Assembly: GCF_036365525.1 (NCBI RefSeq)
Contig: NC_090379.1
Coordinates: 34,277,790-34,341,789 of the forward strand
Direction: 5' to 3'
Length of the DNA: 64,000 nucleotides
Source: Heterodontus francisci
Taxonomy: Eukaryota
In this document: positions 40,537 through 53,104 of the stretch, in pieces
How the letters are laid out: the number at the start of each line of letters is the position of its first letter
Position numbering within the stretch: position 1 is the first letter of the stretch
Translations under genes and position numbers: made by a program
The notes under the pieces: model-generated
Told to the model about the DNA's origin: nothing
Seen by the model: the letters and a program-made list of their open reading frames with translations, nothing else
Database searches by the model: none

Positions 40537-41446
40537 CTTCTTTGGCCTCCTTATCTCGAGAGACAATGGATAAGCGACTGGAGGTGGTCAGTGGTTTGTG
40601 AAGCAGCGCCTGGAGTGGCTATAAAGGCCAATTCTAGAGTGACAGGCTCTTCCACAGCTGCTGCAGAGAAATTTGCATGTCGGGGCTGTTACACAGTTGG
40701 CTCTCCCCTTGCGCCTCTGTCTTTTTTTCCTGCCAACTACTAAGTCTCTTCGACTCGCCACACTTTAGCCCCGTCTTTATGGCTGTCCGCCAGCTCCGGT
40801 GAATGCTGGCAACTGACTCCCACAACTTGTGATCAATGTCACACGATTTCATGTCGCGTTTGCAGACGTCTTTATAGCGGAGACATGGACGGCCGGTGGG
40901 TCTGATACCAGTGGCGAGCTCGCTGTACAATGTGTCTTTGGGGATCCTGCCATCTTCCATGCGGCTCACATGGCCAAGCCATCTCAAGCGCCGCTGACTC
41001 AGTAGTGTGTATAAGCTGGGGATGTTGGCTGCCTCGAGGACTTCTGTGTTGGAGATACGGTCCTGCCACCTGATGCCAAGTATTCTCTGGAGGCAGCGAA
41101 GATGGAATGAATTGAGACGTCGCTCTTGGCTGACATATGTTGTCCAGGCCTCGCTGCCATAGAGCAAGGTACTGAGGACACAGGCCTGATACACTCGGAC
41201 TTTTGTGTTCCGTGTCAGTGCGCCATTTTCCCACACTCTCTTGGCCAGTCTGGACATAGCAATGGAAGCCTTTCCCATGCGCTTGTTGATTTCTGCATCG
41301 AGAGACAGGTTACTGGTGATAGTTGAGCCTAGGTAGGTGAACTCTTGAACCACTTCCAGAGCATGGTCGCCAATATTGATGGATGGAGCATTTCTGACGT
41401 CCTGCCCCATGATGTTCGTTTTCTTGAGGCTGATGGTTAGGCCAAT
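40537..41446 (-). mobile_element. 5'-truncated RTE-clade LINE
   Basis: 258-aa ORF: FTYLGSTIT, VYQACVLSTLLYGSEAW, RRLRWLGHV, RPTGRPCLRYKD; (aag) tail. Confidence 0.92.
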
Positions 41447-42080
41447 TTACCTCCTGTCTAAGGCCCCAAACGCTCCTTTCAGGTGAGGCAGCGATTTATT
41501 TGTTGTACTTTCAATTTAGTATACTGTGTTCGCTGCTCACAATATGGACTCCTCAACATTGGGGACACCAAACGCAGATTGGGTGACTGCTTTGCGGAAC
41601 ACCTCTGCTCAGTCTGTAAGCATAACCCTGAGCTTCCGGTTCCTGGCCATTTCAAACCCCCCACCCCACTGCTCACATCTCTGGCCTGGGATTGCTGCAG
41701 TGTTCCAGCGAGCATCAAAGCAAGCTCGAGGAAGAGCACCTCATTTACCGATTAGGCACGCTACAGCCTGCCGGACTGAACATGGAGTTCAATAATTTCA
41801 GAGCATGATGGGACCCCCCTTTTTTATTTTTTATTTTATTTTAGTTGTTTCTACTGTGCTGTTGTTTTTCGTGTTTGTGCTTGCGACCAGGGCTGTTCAT
41901 TTTACTGTCAATTGACACCCTCTCTGTACTAACACTTTATTTTTCACACCATTAACATACCATCTGCCTTTGTTTCATGACCTTCTGGCCAGTTATTCTC
42001 TGTCCTTATCCTATCCTTTTGTTATCTCTTGCCCCACCCCTGCTTTACTTGCTTAAAACCTTTTACATTTCTAATATGTC

Positions 42081-42117
42081 AGTTCTGATGAAGGGTCACT
42101 GACCTGAAATGTTAACT
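42081..42117 (+). ncRNA. Minimal hammerhead ribozyme motif (palindrome mutated ACGU to AUGU)
   Basis: agtt-ctgatga-a-gggtcactgacct-gaaa-tgtt-aact. Confidence 0.6.
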
Positions 42118-42489
42118 CTGCTTCTCTCTCCACAGTTGCTGCCAGACCTGAGTATTTCCAGCATTTCTTTTTATTTCAGATTTCCAGCATTTATTATATG
42201 GGATCCTATGTTTTATAAATAGATTCAACTGTTTACATGCCTCCAGTTTGAAAAAATATCCATTAGCCATTGTTTTCTGTTTCTACAGCAATAGATAGAG
42301 ATTACAATTCCGTGTTCCTCCACGCAAACATATCATCCTAATCAATGTTTATCTCCCCGAGTCCCATATCCCTTCTCCTTGATTTACCTATCCAATCTAA
42401 TCTTGAATGTTGGCAGAGTTCCTGTCTCATCTACTAACCCTGAAAGTAAATTTCACATCTTTGTAAAGAAGTTTCTCACTACCTCTTCT

Positions 42490-42700
42490 CCTGGCCAATA
42501 TTTGTCCCTAAGCCAACATCACTAAAAACAGATTATCTGGCCATTATCTCACTGCTGGTTATGGGACCTTGCTGTATATAAGTTGGCTGCGGTGTTGCCC
42601 AGAATGCAACAATGACTATACTTCAGCACTTCATTGCTGTAAAGTGCTTTGGGGCATTCTGAAATCGTGAATGGCACTATACAAATGTGCCAATTCTTTA
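42490..42700 (+). mobile_element. DeuSINE 3' half
   Basis: cctggccaatatttgtccc...tgtaaagtgctttgggg similar to 32290-32500. Confidence 0.65.
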
Positions 42701-43704
42701 AATCTCTTGCAGTTAATCTTGTGTTATGTTTTCTCGTTCTAGATCCCTCAGTTGTCAAAATAGTCTGCATTTATCATATCTTGTAAAAGGAGCTGGTCTG
42801 ATGGACCAAGTATGCCATTTTTTTTCTACCTATGTTTATGTCCTTAGTGACAGAGGCCTGGAGGCTCACAGCTTCTCTACCCCTGAAAATATTGCAGGAT
42901 GCAGAGAAGGCTAACGAGAAGGAAACAAATATTTTAATGGGAGCATTGTAAAATTGTTTGAAAAACATTTCATGTTTCTGATTCTTTGATACCTCATCAA
43001 TGGCTCGAGAATCATATGGATTCCATATCTCCAATTTTTTCTATGTCCCTAATAGCGAATTTGAGCTATGATGGGCTGAATGACCTTTTAGCTTTGTCTT
43101 CCATGATAAAGTTTTACATTATAAATGGTGGCTTTTACTTCCTGTTTCAGTTTTGAAAGTCAACTTTTATATTAGAACATATTTATTGTAACTAGCCAAA
43201 TATTTAGCGTTACAGTTAAGCTATCACGATGCTAACATTTTACTGTTGAAGATACTAATCATAGCAGAAAATGAGCCATGAGTTATTTTGTATTGGCCAG
43301 ATAATACAATTATAAACAAATATACATATGTTTGTTATAATATTGCCAGCAGTATCAGTCTACCTAGTTGAAATACATTTAGCTGCCAAACCACACCAAA
43401 TAGCCAAAGTTCCTAAAGATTGATGTTTGAGTTTACAATGTAAAAAGAGGCATGCAGTATCCATTAAAAATGTTATTCAAATGAGAAGACCAAGGAGTTC
43501 TTCTAAAATTCTTTTTGCAACTTGTCCCCACCAATAGACCGATTGACTAAAACTCAGATATAACATTTAGACCAATTTACCACATGGCCAAAGTAAATGG
43601 GTGGCCATGTCTATGTAGATGGGAATACAGCAGCTTTTCATCAGGAATTTGTCTTGTAAACTTCAGTTTTTTTTTTTTTGTTTTACTTTCCTCCTCTCAG
43701 CACA

Positions 43705-43841
43705 ATGACTTTGGTTAGCATCGTACGTGAGCATTGGACCAATATCCTTGTCCCTTTGGGTTTTGTATTGGGATGTTATCTTGATAGAAGAAATGATAAC
43801 AAACTTACTGCATTTAGAAACAAAAGTTTATTGTACAAACG
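43705..43841 (+). CDS. NDUFB1: NDUFB1 coding exon 1 (complex I subunit B1/MNLL); exon starts at 43701
   Basis: [45 protein letters not shown](R); polypyrimidine-cag acceptor; donor gtgagt. Confidence 0.96.
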
Positions 43842-44129
43842 GTGAGTATGCGATTTACATTTTGATTCCATATTGCCTTATTTACAGATTAATTTGTGTG
43901 GCTGCAATATGCCTAATTGATACATTTTTGTATTAAATAAATTCAGTCTTGATGAGTATCATTCATTTAGTGATTGAAAAGTTTAACAAAATAAAGTACA
44001 TTTCTTTATTCCAACCATAGAAAAATTTTCTGTGTCAATAATTTGCCCATTATATCATTATTTATGGTTGGCTTATAACATGATCTTACTAAATGTCCTC
44101 TTGCAAGAAAGAATATGGGAAAGAGAAAA

Positions 44130-44870
44130 CTGGTTAGACCTCAGTTGGATTATTGTGTCTGATTCTGGGCACTAAGCTTGAGAAAGGATCTCAAGGTTTT
44201 GCAGAGGAAATTTTCCAGAATGGTACCAGGGATGAGAATTCAGATATAGAGTCATAGAGAGATACAGCACTGAAGTCTGTGCCGACCATCAGCCACCCAT
44301 TTATACTAATCCTACATTAATCCCATATTCCCTACCACTTCACCATCCCTTAATTCTCCTACCACCTACCTACACTAGGGGCAATTTTACAATAGCCAAT
44401 TTACCTATCAACCTGCAAGTCTTTGGCTGTGGGAGGAAACTGGAGCACCCGGCGAAAACCCACGCAGTCATAGGGAGAACTTGCAAACTCCACACAGGCA
44501 GTACCCAGAACCGAACCCGGGTCGCTGGAGCTGTGAGGCTGCAGTGCTAACCACTGCACCACTGTGCCGCCCAATATGTGGAGAGAATGGAGAAGCTGAG
44601 ATTCTTCTCCTTGGAGCAAAGAAGGTTATAAGGATATTTAACAGAGGTGTTCATAATTTTTGGGGTTTTGATAGAATACATAAAAAAACTTACCACTTGC
44701 AGGAAGGACAGTAACCAGAAGACACAGATTTAAGATAATTGGCAAAAAAGACAAAGGCAGTGAGAATTTTTTTTAACTCAACGGTCATGATCTGGAATGC
44801 ATTGCCTGAAAGGGTGGTGGAAACAGCTTCAATAGTAGATTTCAAAGGGGATTGGCTATATCCTTAAAAA
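44130..44870 (+). mobile_element. Old CR1 3' fragment interrupted by an HE1 SINE
   Basis: gttagacctcagttggattattgt...ccagaatggtaccagggatgag resumes after 44572. Confidence 0.6.
44246..44572 (-). mobile_element. HE1-like tRNA-derived V-SINE
   Basis: Head with A/B-box-like tggttagcac / gggttcggttc; V-domain-like ggagtttgcaagttctccc...tttcctcccacagccaaagac. Confidence 0.85.
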
Positions 44871-45709
44871 TGAAAGAAATGTAGGGCTATGGGGAAAGAA
44901 CAAAGGAGTCATCTGAATAATAGTCATCTAATATTTCCTTATGTGGCTCAATGTCAGATTTTGTTTAATGCTCCTTTGAAGTGTCTTGAAATGTTTTATT
45001 ACATTCAAGGCGCAATATATTAACGCAAGTTGCTCTTCTAGTACTGCTACCATGTCAGACATAAATTCAGCAACAAAATTACATGGATAGACTGCTAATC
45101 CTAAATATTTAAAATGTTGTTCATCCCAAGTTTTTGCAACTGAATATAACTGTTTTGGTATTTTACTTCTCCTGGGTAATGAGTCTTGGAAGAAGAGCTT
45201 CTTTCATTGCTGGGGGATGGAAGACCATGCTTGTGAATCCCTTGACATTAACGTTTTTTTAAATGGGAAGTTGCAATATGCCACTGTCTAAGCTGAGGAT
45301 ACTGAGTTTATCGTGCTGTTAAATCTGTATCTCCTGGTGACATATTTGCTTGTAAATTCCACAGTTTATTTCCCATACTGAGTTTTGAAATATATGCACT
45401 TTTATGTTGTTTAACAATATATATTTTCCTTTATTCTGATTTGTCCAAGTTAATACTTTCCTTTATTTCCTGTTTGTAACCCCCTTTATTCCTTCTGTAT
45501 GCTGACCTTTTTGCTAAACACATTTCTATTTGTCTATTTACCTCATCAACTTTCTGGTTGATTTATTTTCATTGCCACCCCTGTCCTTCCTAGTTTTTGA
45601 TTCTAGCACCAGGGCAATCATATGTCAAAACTACTAATTTTAATGGTTCTCTCTGGTAACCTGGACCACGTGGCATTTCACACATGCAGTGGCAAATGAT
45701 AAATAGTGA

Positions 45710-46310
45710 TGTGCACAAATTCAGAAGGATCTTGATTAGCTCAATCATTGGTAAAGTGGCAGATGCAATTTAATACAGGGAAACATGAGGTTATGAGATT
45801 TGGCAGGGGGAAGGTGGGTGTGGATTATGTACTTGAGGTGTTGGAGCAGGATGGAGGGATTGTCCTATGAGGAAAGATTAAATAGACTGGGCCTTTATTC
45901 TCTGGGGTTCAGAAGAATGAGAGATGTTCTCACTGAAGCATACAAAATTCTCTCAGGGTTTGACAGGGTAGATGCAGGAAGGATGTTTCCCTTAGCTGGG
46001 GAGTCTAGAACCAGGGGACACGGTCTCAGAATAAAGGGCAGGTCATTTAGGTCTGAGATGAGGAGGAATTTCTTCAGAGGGTGGTAAATCTTTGGAATTC
46101 TCTGCCCCAGAGGGCTGTGGAGGCTCAGTCATTTAGTATGTTCAAGACTGAGATAGATATATTCTACATATTAAAAACATCAAGAGTTATGGGGATACTG
46201 CAGGAAAATGGTGTTGAAGTAGAAGATCAGCCATGATCTCATTGAATGGCAGAGCAGGCTTGAAGGGCTGAATGGCCTACTCCTGCTCCTATTTCTTATG
46301 TCCTTATGAT
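45710..46310 (+). mobile_element. CR1-type LINE 3' end
   Basis: GLSYEERLNRLGLYSLGFRRMR...SRTRGH and CR1 3' UTR. Confidence 0.85.
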
Positions 46311-46887
46311 CTCTTTTTAGTCCAGAAGAAGATGGACAAATATGATTCGCAAGCCATTAAAGCTGACCCAGAGTAAAACATTTCTTGCATGAAAGTTAAC
46401 AAGATAGCCTATCAGATCTTTGTCTGCAAGTTGAGTAAACAGAACTCCAGGTTGAGAGACAGATGGAAGATAATAGTCCTGAGCCTTTTCTGCAGCAGCC
46501 AAATCCACCCCTCCCATGCAATGCCATCCCGCTGTTGCCATCTACATCCCTCCCATCAATCACATCCCATCCCTCACAGAAAAAGTCTCTCCAGCCAGGG
46601 TAACTTTGTTGAGTTCCCCTTACCTTCCTCTGTTCTCCACGAACCCTGCTGCTGCAACGCACGAGCATCACACACCCCAGTCCTCTGCGTGCCCCACGTG
46701 CCAGGCACTGCCCTCAGAATAAACCCATCAACAGACATGCCCCTTAAACTGACTATTCAAAATAATCTGGACAGACAAAAAACGAGTATTATAGATATTG
46801 CAGGACGTTTGTATTTTTTCTTGTATGCTCACATTATTGGTGAGCAGAAGCATGTTGTAACTAATCTAAACTTGTTATAATAAAAGC

Positions 46888-46985
46888 TTTCTGATGAAAG
46901 GTCACTGACCTGAAATGTTAACTCTGCTTCTCTCTCCACAGTTGCTGCCAGATCTGCTGAGTATTTCCAGCAATTTTTATTCTGA
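46888..46985 (+). mobile_element. Short Penelope terminus starting at the hammerhead motif
   Basis: ctgatgaaaggtcactgacctgaaatgttaactctgcttctctctccacag. Confidence 0.8.
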
Positions 46986-47099
46986 ACTTTTATTACTTGG
47001 ATGATAAACTGCACAGGGAAATTTTGTACTATATGAATTGCCAATGTGAAATAGTGAGGAAAGTGAGTGGCTAGTTCTTTGCAGACAAAGATCAAGGGA

Positions 47100-50000
47100 A
47101 GAATTGGCTCTATGGCTGGTAGCTGAATAGTCCAATTCGAGATCTGCAGGCTCTTGAGCATTTGGGGTACAGGAATTCTTGATCTGGGGGAGCCCAAGCG
47201 GAAGTAGCTTCCTTCCGTTCTCGACATTTCTCTCCTACAGCTTTGCGTCTTAAGGACTGAAACCTGTGTGTAGCATTCCTGATTTTTGAGCGCCAGTTGT
47301 TTCTGTCAGCAGCTTCCTGCTCCCACATCCATTGTTCAGTGTTAACCAAGGAGAGGTGTTTCTTCAACTGGTCCTTGAAATGTTTTCGTGGAGCACCTCA
47401 ATTCCACTTCCCGAGGCACAGATCCCGCTTTTGAAATTCTGGTGTCCTCCATGCGTGCCATATGCCCTGACCAGCACAGCTGTCATTGTAGGAGAATGTT
47501 CCCAATGCTGGGTAAATTCGCTCTTCTAAGCACTTAAATATTTGTAATGTAGTCCTGCTATTTGATATTCATGATGGAGCACAAGCAGTGTTGATGGAAG
47601 CATTCAAGTAGCATATTTTGTTTACTGTACAGAACCCAAGATTCTGAGTCATACAAAAGCGGTTTGATAGCAGCAGCTCTGTACACCTGGATTTTTGTGG
47701 AAATGCACAGGGAGTGATATTTCCAAACTTGTTTAGAGAGGCGGCCAAAAGAGCTGTTGGCTTTAGATAAGCGAATTGTCAATGTCTTTACTACTGGAGG
47801 TTTGAAATAATGCTGCCCAGACATGTGAATTGATCAACAGTGTTGAGACTCCCGTCATCGATCTTGATCTGTGGTGGGTTGTGCTTTTCACAGGGTGGGG
47901 GTTGAAATAGCACCTCTTGTTTTCTTCAAGCTAATGGTAAGGCTAAATGCCTTTGCTGCTTCTGAGAAACTGTTCACAATGAGCTGTTGTGCTTACTGTG
48001 TGTGGGCCACAAGGGCACAGTCATCAGCAAAAAGAAGTTCCAGGATTACACTTCTGTGGTCCTTGTCAGTGCCAAGAGTCGTCATAGATTGAAAGGCTGC
48101 CATCTGTTCAGAAGCGATGTAAATGCCCTCCTGGCCTCCTGAAGCATCATGCTGAAGAAGATGGAAAAGAGGGTCAGTGCAAGAACACACCCTCGTTTTG
48201 CACCATTGGAGATAGGGAAGCTGTCCGAATGTGCTCCATTCAGTTTTACCTGACCTTTCTATCCGACATGCAACCGACTGAGTATCTCCAGGAACTTGGG
48301 TGGGCAACCCAGTCTCGACAGTATTTCCCACAGTCCATCCTGGCTGACTGTATCAAAGGCCTTTATGAGGTCTATGAAGGAAACATATCGGCCCATGGTC
48401 TGTTGCCTGCATTTTTCTTGGATCTTTCTCAGTACAAAGACCATATCCATAGTTCCTCTGCTCGGCCTAAATCCACACTGGCTCTCGGGGCGAGTTTCTT
48501 CGGTGACTGTTCTTATGTTCCTATGATTGTTCGTACTAGTCTGTTTAGAAGTACTCTTGCTAAGATTTTGCCTGCAAGGTTAATCCCTCTAATTTGAGTA
48601 GTCCAACTTTTCCCCCTTGCTTTTGTAGAAGCCGACAGCCGCTGCATCACGAAGGTCCTGTGGCACTGTCCCTTTCTCCCAGCAAGTCGTAAACCGATCT
48701 ATGAGCTTGTCAAGAATTGCGCTACCTCCCTGCTTGTAGACCTCTGCAGGAATACCGTCGATACCCAGGGCCTGTGGGATTTCAATAGTATTATAGCACT
48801 TGCGATCTCTTTGCGGGTCGGGGATTCATCCAATTCGAACTTTGTTTTCCTTTATGGTATCCTCTCTGTCAAAGCTTCCTGCACCATCCCTGCTGTCTAA
48901 GTGCTTTGACCATCAAGTCATAATGGCCTCTGTCAGTTAACAGAGTTGTGCCGTCAGATGATCGCAGTGGTGCCTGCATCAGGTGGGATGGTCCATAAAC
49001 TGTCTTCAAGGACTCGTAAAAATCTCGTCTCCGCTGTTTGCGTAATTCTGTATCATCTTTGCCAATGCTTGCCACCAGTCATTTTGAATGAGTCGAAGCT
49101 TGGTTTGTAGGGTACTGCGTGCTTCCTATAATCAGCTTTTGTACATTGGTCACCTAGTCTCACAATAAGTTTTGTATAGCAGGTACACTTCTTTTGGAGC
49201 AAATCTTTTTTTTTAGATTTAGAGATACAGCACTGAAACAGGCCCTTCGGTCCACCGAGTCTGTGCCGACCATTAACCACCCATCTATACTAATCCTACA
49301 CTAATCCCATACTCCTACCACATCCTCACCTGTCCCTATATTCCCCTACCACCTACCTATACTAGTGACAATTTATAATGGCCAATTCACCTATCAACCT
49401 GCAAGTCTTTTTGGCTGTGGGAGGAAACCGGAGCACCCGGAGGAAACCCACGCAGACACAGGGAGAACTTGCAAACTCCACACAGGCAGTACCCAGAATT
49501 GAACCCGGGTCGCTGGAGCTGTGAGGCTGCGGTGCTAACCACTGTGCCGCCAATTCTGGAGTTGTTTTCGTCAAACCAGTGCCAACTCTTCCTCACAGAG
49601 TAACCGACCACTTCCGCAGTTGTTTCCTGAAAAACTGATCACAGCTGCTTCCTCTGTTCATTGGGTCCATTTCAGCATCTGGGAACATGCAATCATTGAG
49701 CTTAATTTCCAGTTTGCTCTCAAGTTCTGCTTTAACCTCTGGCAAACCTTGGAGTTTCCTTGTTACTGAACCCTTTCTCTTGGGAGGGCAACCTTTGGTC
49801 AGTGTAACAGTCAGCACTGGACGTAACTCTGGTGTGAAGTACATCTTTGATGTCTTTTTTTTCATATTCTTTCACGGGATGTGGGTGTCGCTGGTTAGGC
49901 CAGCATTTATTACCCATCCCTAATTGCTCTTGAGAAGGCATTGGTGAGCTGCCTTCTTCAACATTGACTGCAGCAGTTCAAGGGACATGAGATGATCAGA

Positions 50001-50290
50001 ATGACCGATGGGAAGGCTGTGGAGCTTGCTTGCAATCATATTCTTTATCATAAAGCCAGCACGGGATAGGCGTTGTTCCTCCTTGCCTTTCCTTGACCAA
50101 AGTGTGTAGCCTGCACCTTGTTCTGTCAATGAACCTTGATCTGCAAAGCGAATTTCACTGAGTGCTCTGATATCAATTTCAAGCTGAGCTAGTTCTCTGG
50201 CAATAAGCGCAGATTGTTTTGAGGGGCATATGTTGTCATCTGCATAAGTCATTGTGTGAATATTCCAACATGCAAATTTCAGAATGTTTT
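47100..50290 (-). mobile_element. Degraded near-full-length RTE-clade LINE (AP endonuclease plus RT) with nested SINE and LINE tail
   Basis: ACWNIHTM, ALSEIRFADQGSLTE, FIDLIKAFDTV, LLFADDCAL, LLYDSESW remnants in order. Confidence 0.85.
49206..49551 (-). mobile_element. HE1-like V-SINE nested in the RTE
   Basis: Near-identical to 44246-44572. Confidence 0.88.
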
Positions 50291-50390
50291 GGCTCTTTTT
50301 CTTGATAATGTGATCAAGTTTAATACCTTTTTAGTTACTTCTGTAGTTGGACTGTTGTATATTTTTTAATCACATTATCTTTCCTTTTAG

Positions 50391-50427
50391 GGAATTGAAA
50401 CCAGGTGAAGAAACTACATGGAAGTGA
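50391..50427 (+). CDS. NDUFB1: NDUFB1 final coding exon
   Basis: ttttag|G GAA TTG AAA CCA GGT GAA GAA ACT ACA TGG AAG TGA = (R)ELKPGEETTWK*; phase matches the previous exon; 57 aa total. Confidence 0.95.
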
Positions 50428-50741
50428 AGAACCAAAAGCTATGTTGAGGAAACAAGGACCCATTTACCCATTTTTGCATTTAAAACTGCCATTGGGCTAA
50501 TTTTTGTCTTGAATTTTCAATTAGGGATTCAGTGAATATTTATTTGAATAATGCTGTTTTCCAGTAAATTTTGACCTATCACAAGGAATGCTTATTTTCA
50601 TGTAACAGATAATTGGTTTAAAATCCTAAAATTTACCAAGATTTTCCCTTCGTATCATTGGAGTAAAAAATTTAAAAATGCATGGCAAGTAGTTTATTGT
50701 CTACATCGACATGAAACAAATCCAAATTGTACGTCAGACTT

Positions 50742-50806
50742 AATAAATCTTATCGTATTTAATTTTTGTTTGAATTTTTTTTTCCAACTTTTAAATTTTA
50801 AATAAA
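50742..50806 (+). terminator. Candidate NDUFB1 polyadenylation signals
   Basis: AATAAA at 50742-50747 (followed by a T-rich tract) and at 50801-50806. Confidence 0.4.
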
Positions 50807-51589
50807 ATGTTAAGTGAGAAAGGGTGGGACACGGATTTCTGCTCGTAGGTCCCCTTTTCATTCTTTTGCCCTGGGAATTGGCAAGGGAAAAACAGAAACA
50901 TTTCAATCAATTCCGAGTCATAACAGCACAGAAGGAGGCCATTGGGCCTATCGGGTCCATGCCAGCTCTCTGTAAAGCAATCAAGTCAGTCCCATTCCCC
51001 CACTGTATGCTGTAGCCCTGCAAGGTTATTTCCCTCAAGTGCCCATCCAGTTTCCTTGTTGAACTTGGTTTATTCTGCTCACTATGCTTCTAGTGGAGTA
51101 TGATATTGTTTCATTAGTGTATCTGCAATTTTGAGCTGCAGATAATCCAACTGAACCTGACTATTTTTGTGAATGCTCGAGTGGAATTTGTTTCAATATT
51201 TCAGCAGTTTAATTGCTTTACTAGATTGTTAGCAAACTTTCAAGCAAGTTAATTTTAAATTTAAAATAAAAACAGAAAATGCTGGAAATACTCAGCAGGC
51301 CAGGCAGAATTATAACAGCACTTGCTCATTGCACGAGTCCAAAGTGAATGCACCCTAGTACCGCAGCAGTAGCTAGCCTCCTATCTCCCTTTCTCTTCCC
51401 TCGTGCCAAAAATGAGACTGACCGCTGAAAACCATGACAGTATTCAGGAGTTTCGGGAGTGGACATCTTGTCAGCTTCTTGTGTGGGACTAACACTAACT
51501 ACCATTAACTTATACAAAGCAAATGGCTTGCCTTTTTGTTCTTCCCTTTGCCCCCTTATCTCTAGCTGTCGAGAGTAAAAAAATATTAT

Positions 51590-51640
51590 TTCACAGACCC
51601 CCCTGGAAAGTTTCTACAAACCCCAGTTTGAGAACCACTA
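51590..51640. mobile_element. hAT/Charlie-like terminal fragment
   Basis: ccccagtttgagaaccact resembles the cagtggttctcaaac hAT terminus in reverse. Confidence 0.45.
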
Positions 51641-51689
51641 TCCTAAATTATAAGATCCCAAAAACAGCAATGTGATAACTAGATATTCT

Positions 51690-51925
51690 GTTTTTATTGC
51701 TGTTGGTTGTGGGATAGATATGGCCATGATACTGGGAGAACTCACTGCTCTTCAAAATGTTTCCAACTGAGAGGGGCCTTGGGTTAACATCTCATCTGAA
51801 AGACAGCAAGTCCCAAAAGTGCAGCACTGGAGTGTCAGCCTAGATTTTGTGCTCAATTCTCCAGACTGGGACTTGAACCCACAACCTTCTCACTCAGGCA
51901 AAAGTGCTATCACTGAGTCACGACT
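51690..51925 (-). mobile_element. DeuSINE 5' half
   Basis: Reverse complement of the head at 32070-32300 (tgtcagcctagattttgtgctcaa...ggggacttgaaccc-like). Confidence 0.65.
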
Positions 51926-53104
51926 TAATCTGAAAATATGTATTTTCTTAAACAGATAATCAAAAAATGTTTTTTCCTTTCAGATTGAGTTAATTATTGA
52001 AAGTGATGGACAGGAAGACTATTCATTTATGAAGAATGTCGGTTGCAAACCCTGCCCCTTTCCAACCACTGGTCAAGAAATGCAAAAATTGCTGACTGAA
52101 TTTTATGGTTCAAAATAAAATTATATCAAAGCAGCCATCTGTTTACCATGCCAGAGACAAAGTCACAAATGGCAAACTACTTATTTATGCAGCAGTGATA
52201 AATATTTTACCCACATCTCCACCCGTTGTGCCAATGCCCCAATTCCATCTTCCATGCCCACACCATTGCTGAAAAATTCAAGTATCTCCACCCCAGTCAT
52301 GCTGAATCCCAGGACCAACCCTCCTGCATGCTACCAAAGCTTAGGAGTGCACCCAGTGTTGTGGAACTACATGGCACTGCTCTCCTTTATGGCTAATCAG
52401 GGATCTAATTCTAACATTGTGTATATTGCTGCGTATCCTCAGTTTTAAAAAGGTATGGGACAACATTTAAATATATATATAAAGAAATATAAATAAAATA
52501 AAACCAGATTTAATTTTCACAGGAAAATGAAGTTACAAAATTCAATCCCTTAAATACATTAAAAGTACAAGAATATATCACTGGAAAATAATTTGACTTA
52601 GTCATTAATCAGTGGCTCAGAGCACATTGTACATTACATAGCATAAACTAGTATAAAAGAACCATGGGAGATTGATCATTTTATGTGCATTATTTTGATA
52701 TTTTGTTCTTGGAATTTGGGTAACACTTGTATTATTATTGCCTGTCCCTAGTTTCTATGAGAAGGTGGCAGAAGGCCTTGTTGAACTGCTGCAATCCTTC
52801 TGCTGATGGTGTTCCCATAACCATGTTATGTGGAGAATTTCAGGACTTTGACCCAGTGGTGATGAAAGCACGGGTATATGCCCAAGTCAGAATGGTGTGA
52901 CACTTGACAGGAAACTTGCTCTCATTGTCTTGCTGCTCTTGTCCTTCTTGGTGGTAGAGATTGTTGCAGTGGGAGGGATTGTCAAAGTAAGCTTGGATAG
53001 GGCATTTTCTGTGTTACTACTTTGGAGCAACATTTTTATGTCAACAATAAAATGGGAAAATCCTATGTCACTATTTCCTGCCATGTTTTTAAATATAAAG
53101 TATT

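Larger units (their letters stand above)
40485..42190 (+). mobile_element. Penelope-like retroelement 3' part (GIY-YIG endonuclease, 3' UTR, hammerhead), interrupted by an RTE
   Basis: GTFPCNRRRCNTCPF (40491-40536) rejoins ...GPKRSFQVRQRFICCTFNLVYCVRCSQYGLLNIGDTKRRLGDCFAEH after 41446; hammerhead motif at 42081-42117. Confidence 0.85.

Noticed and set aside
44480-44572. tRNA gene (also 49480-49551 and 32060-32130)
   Set aside because: The tRNA-like A/B boxes are SINE heads continuing into SINE bodies; no complete cloverleaf is evident
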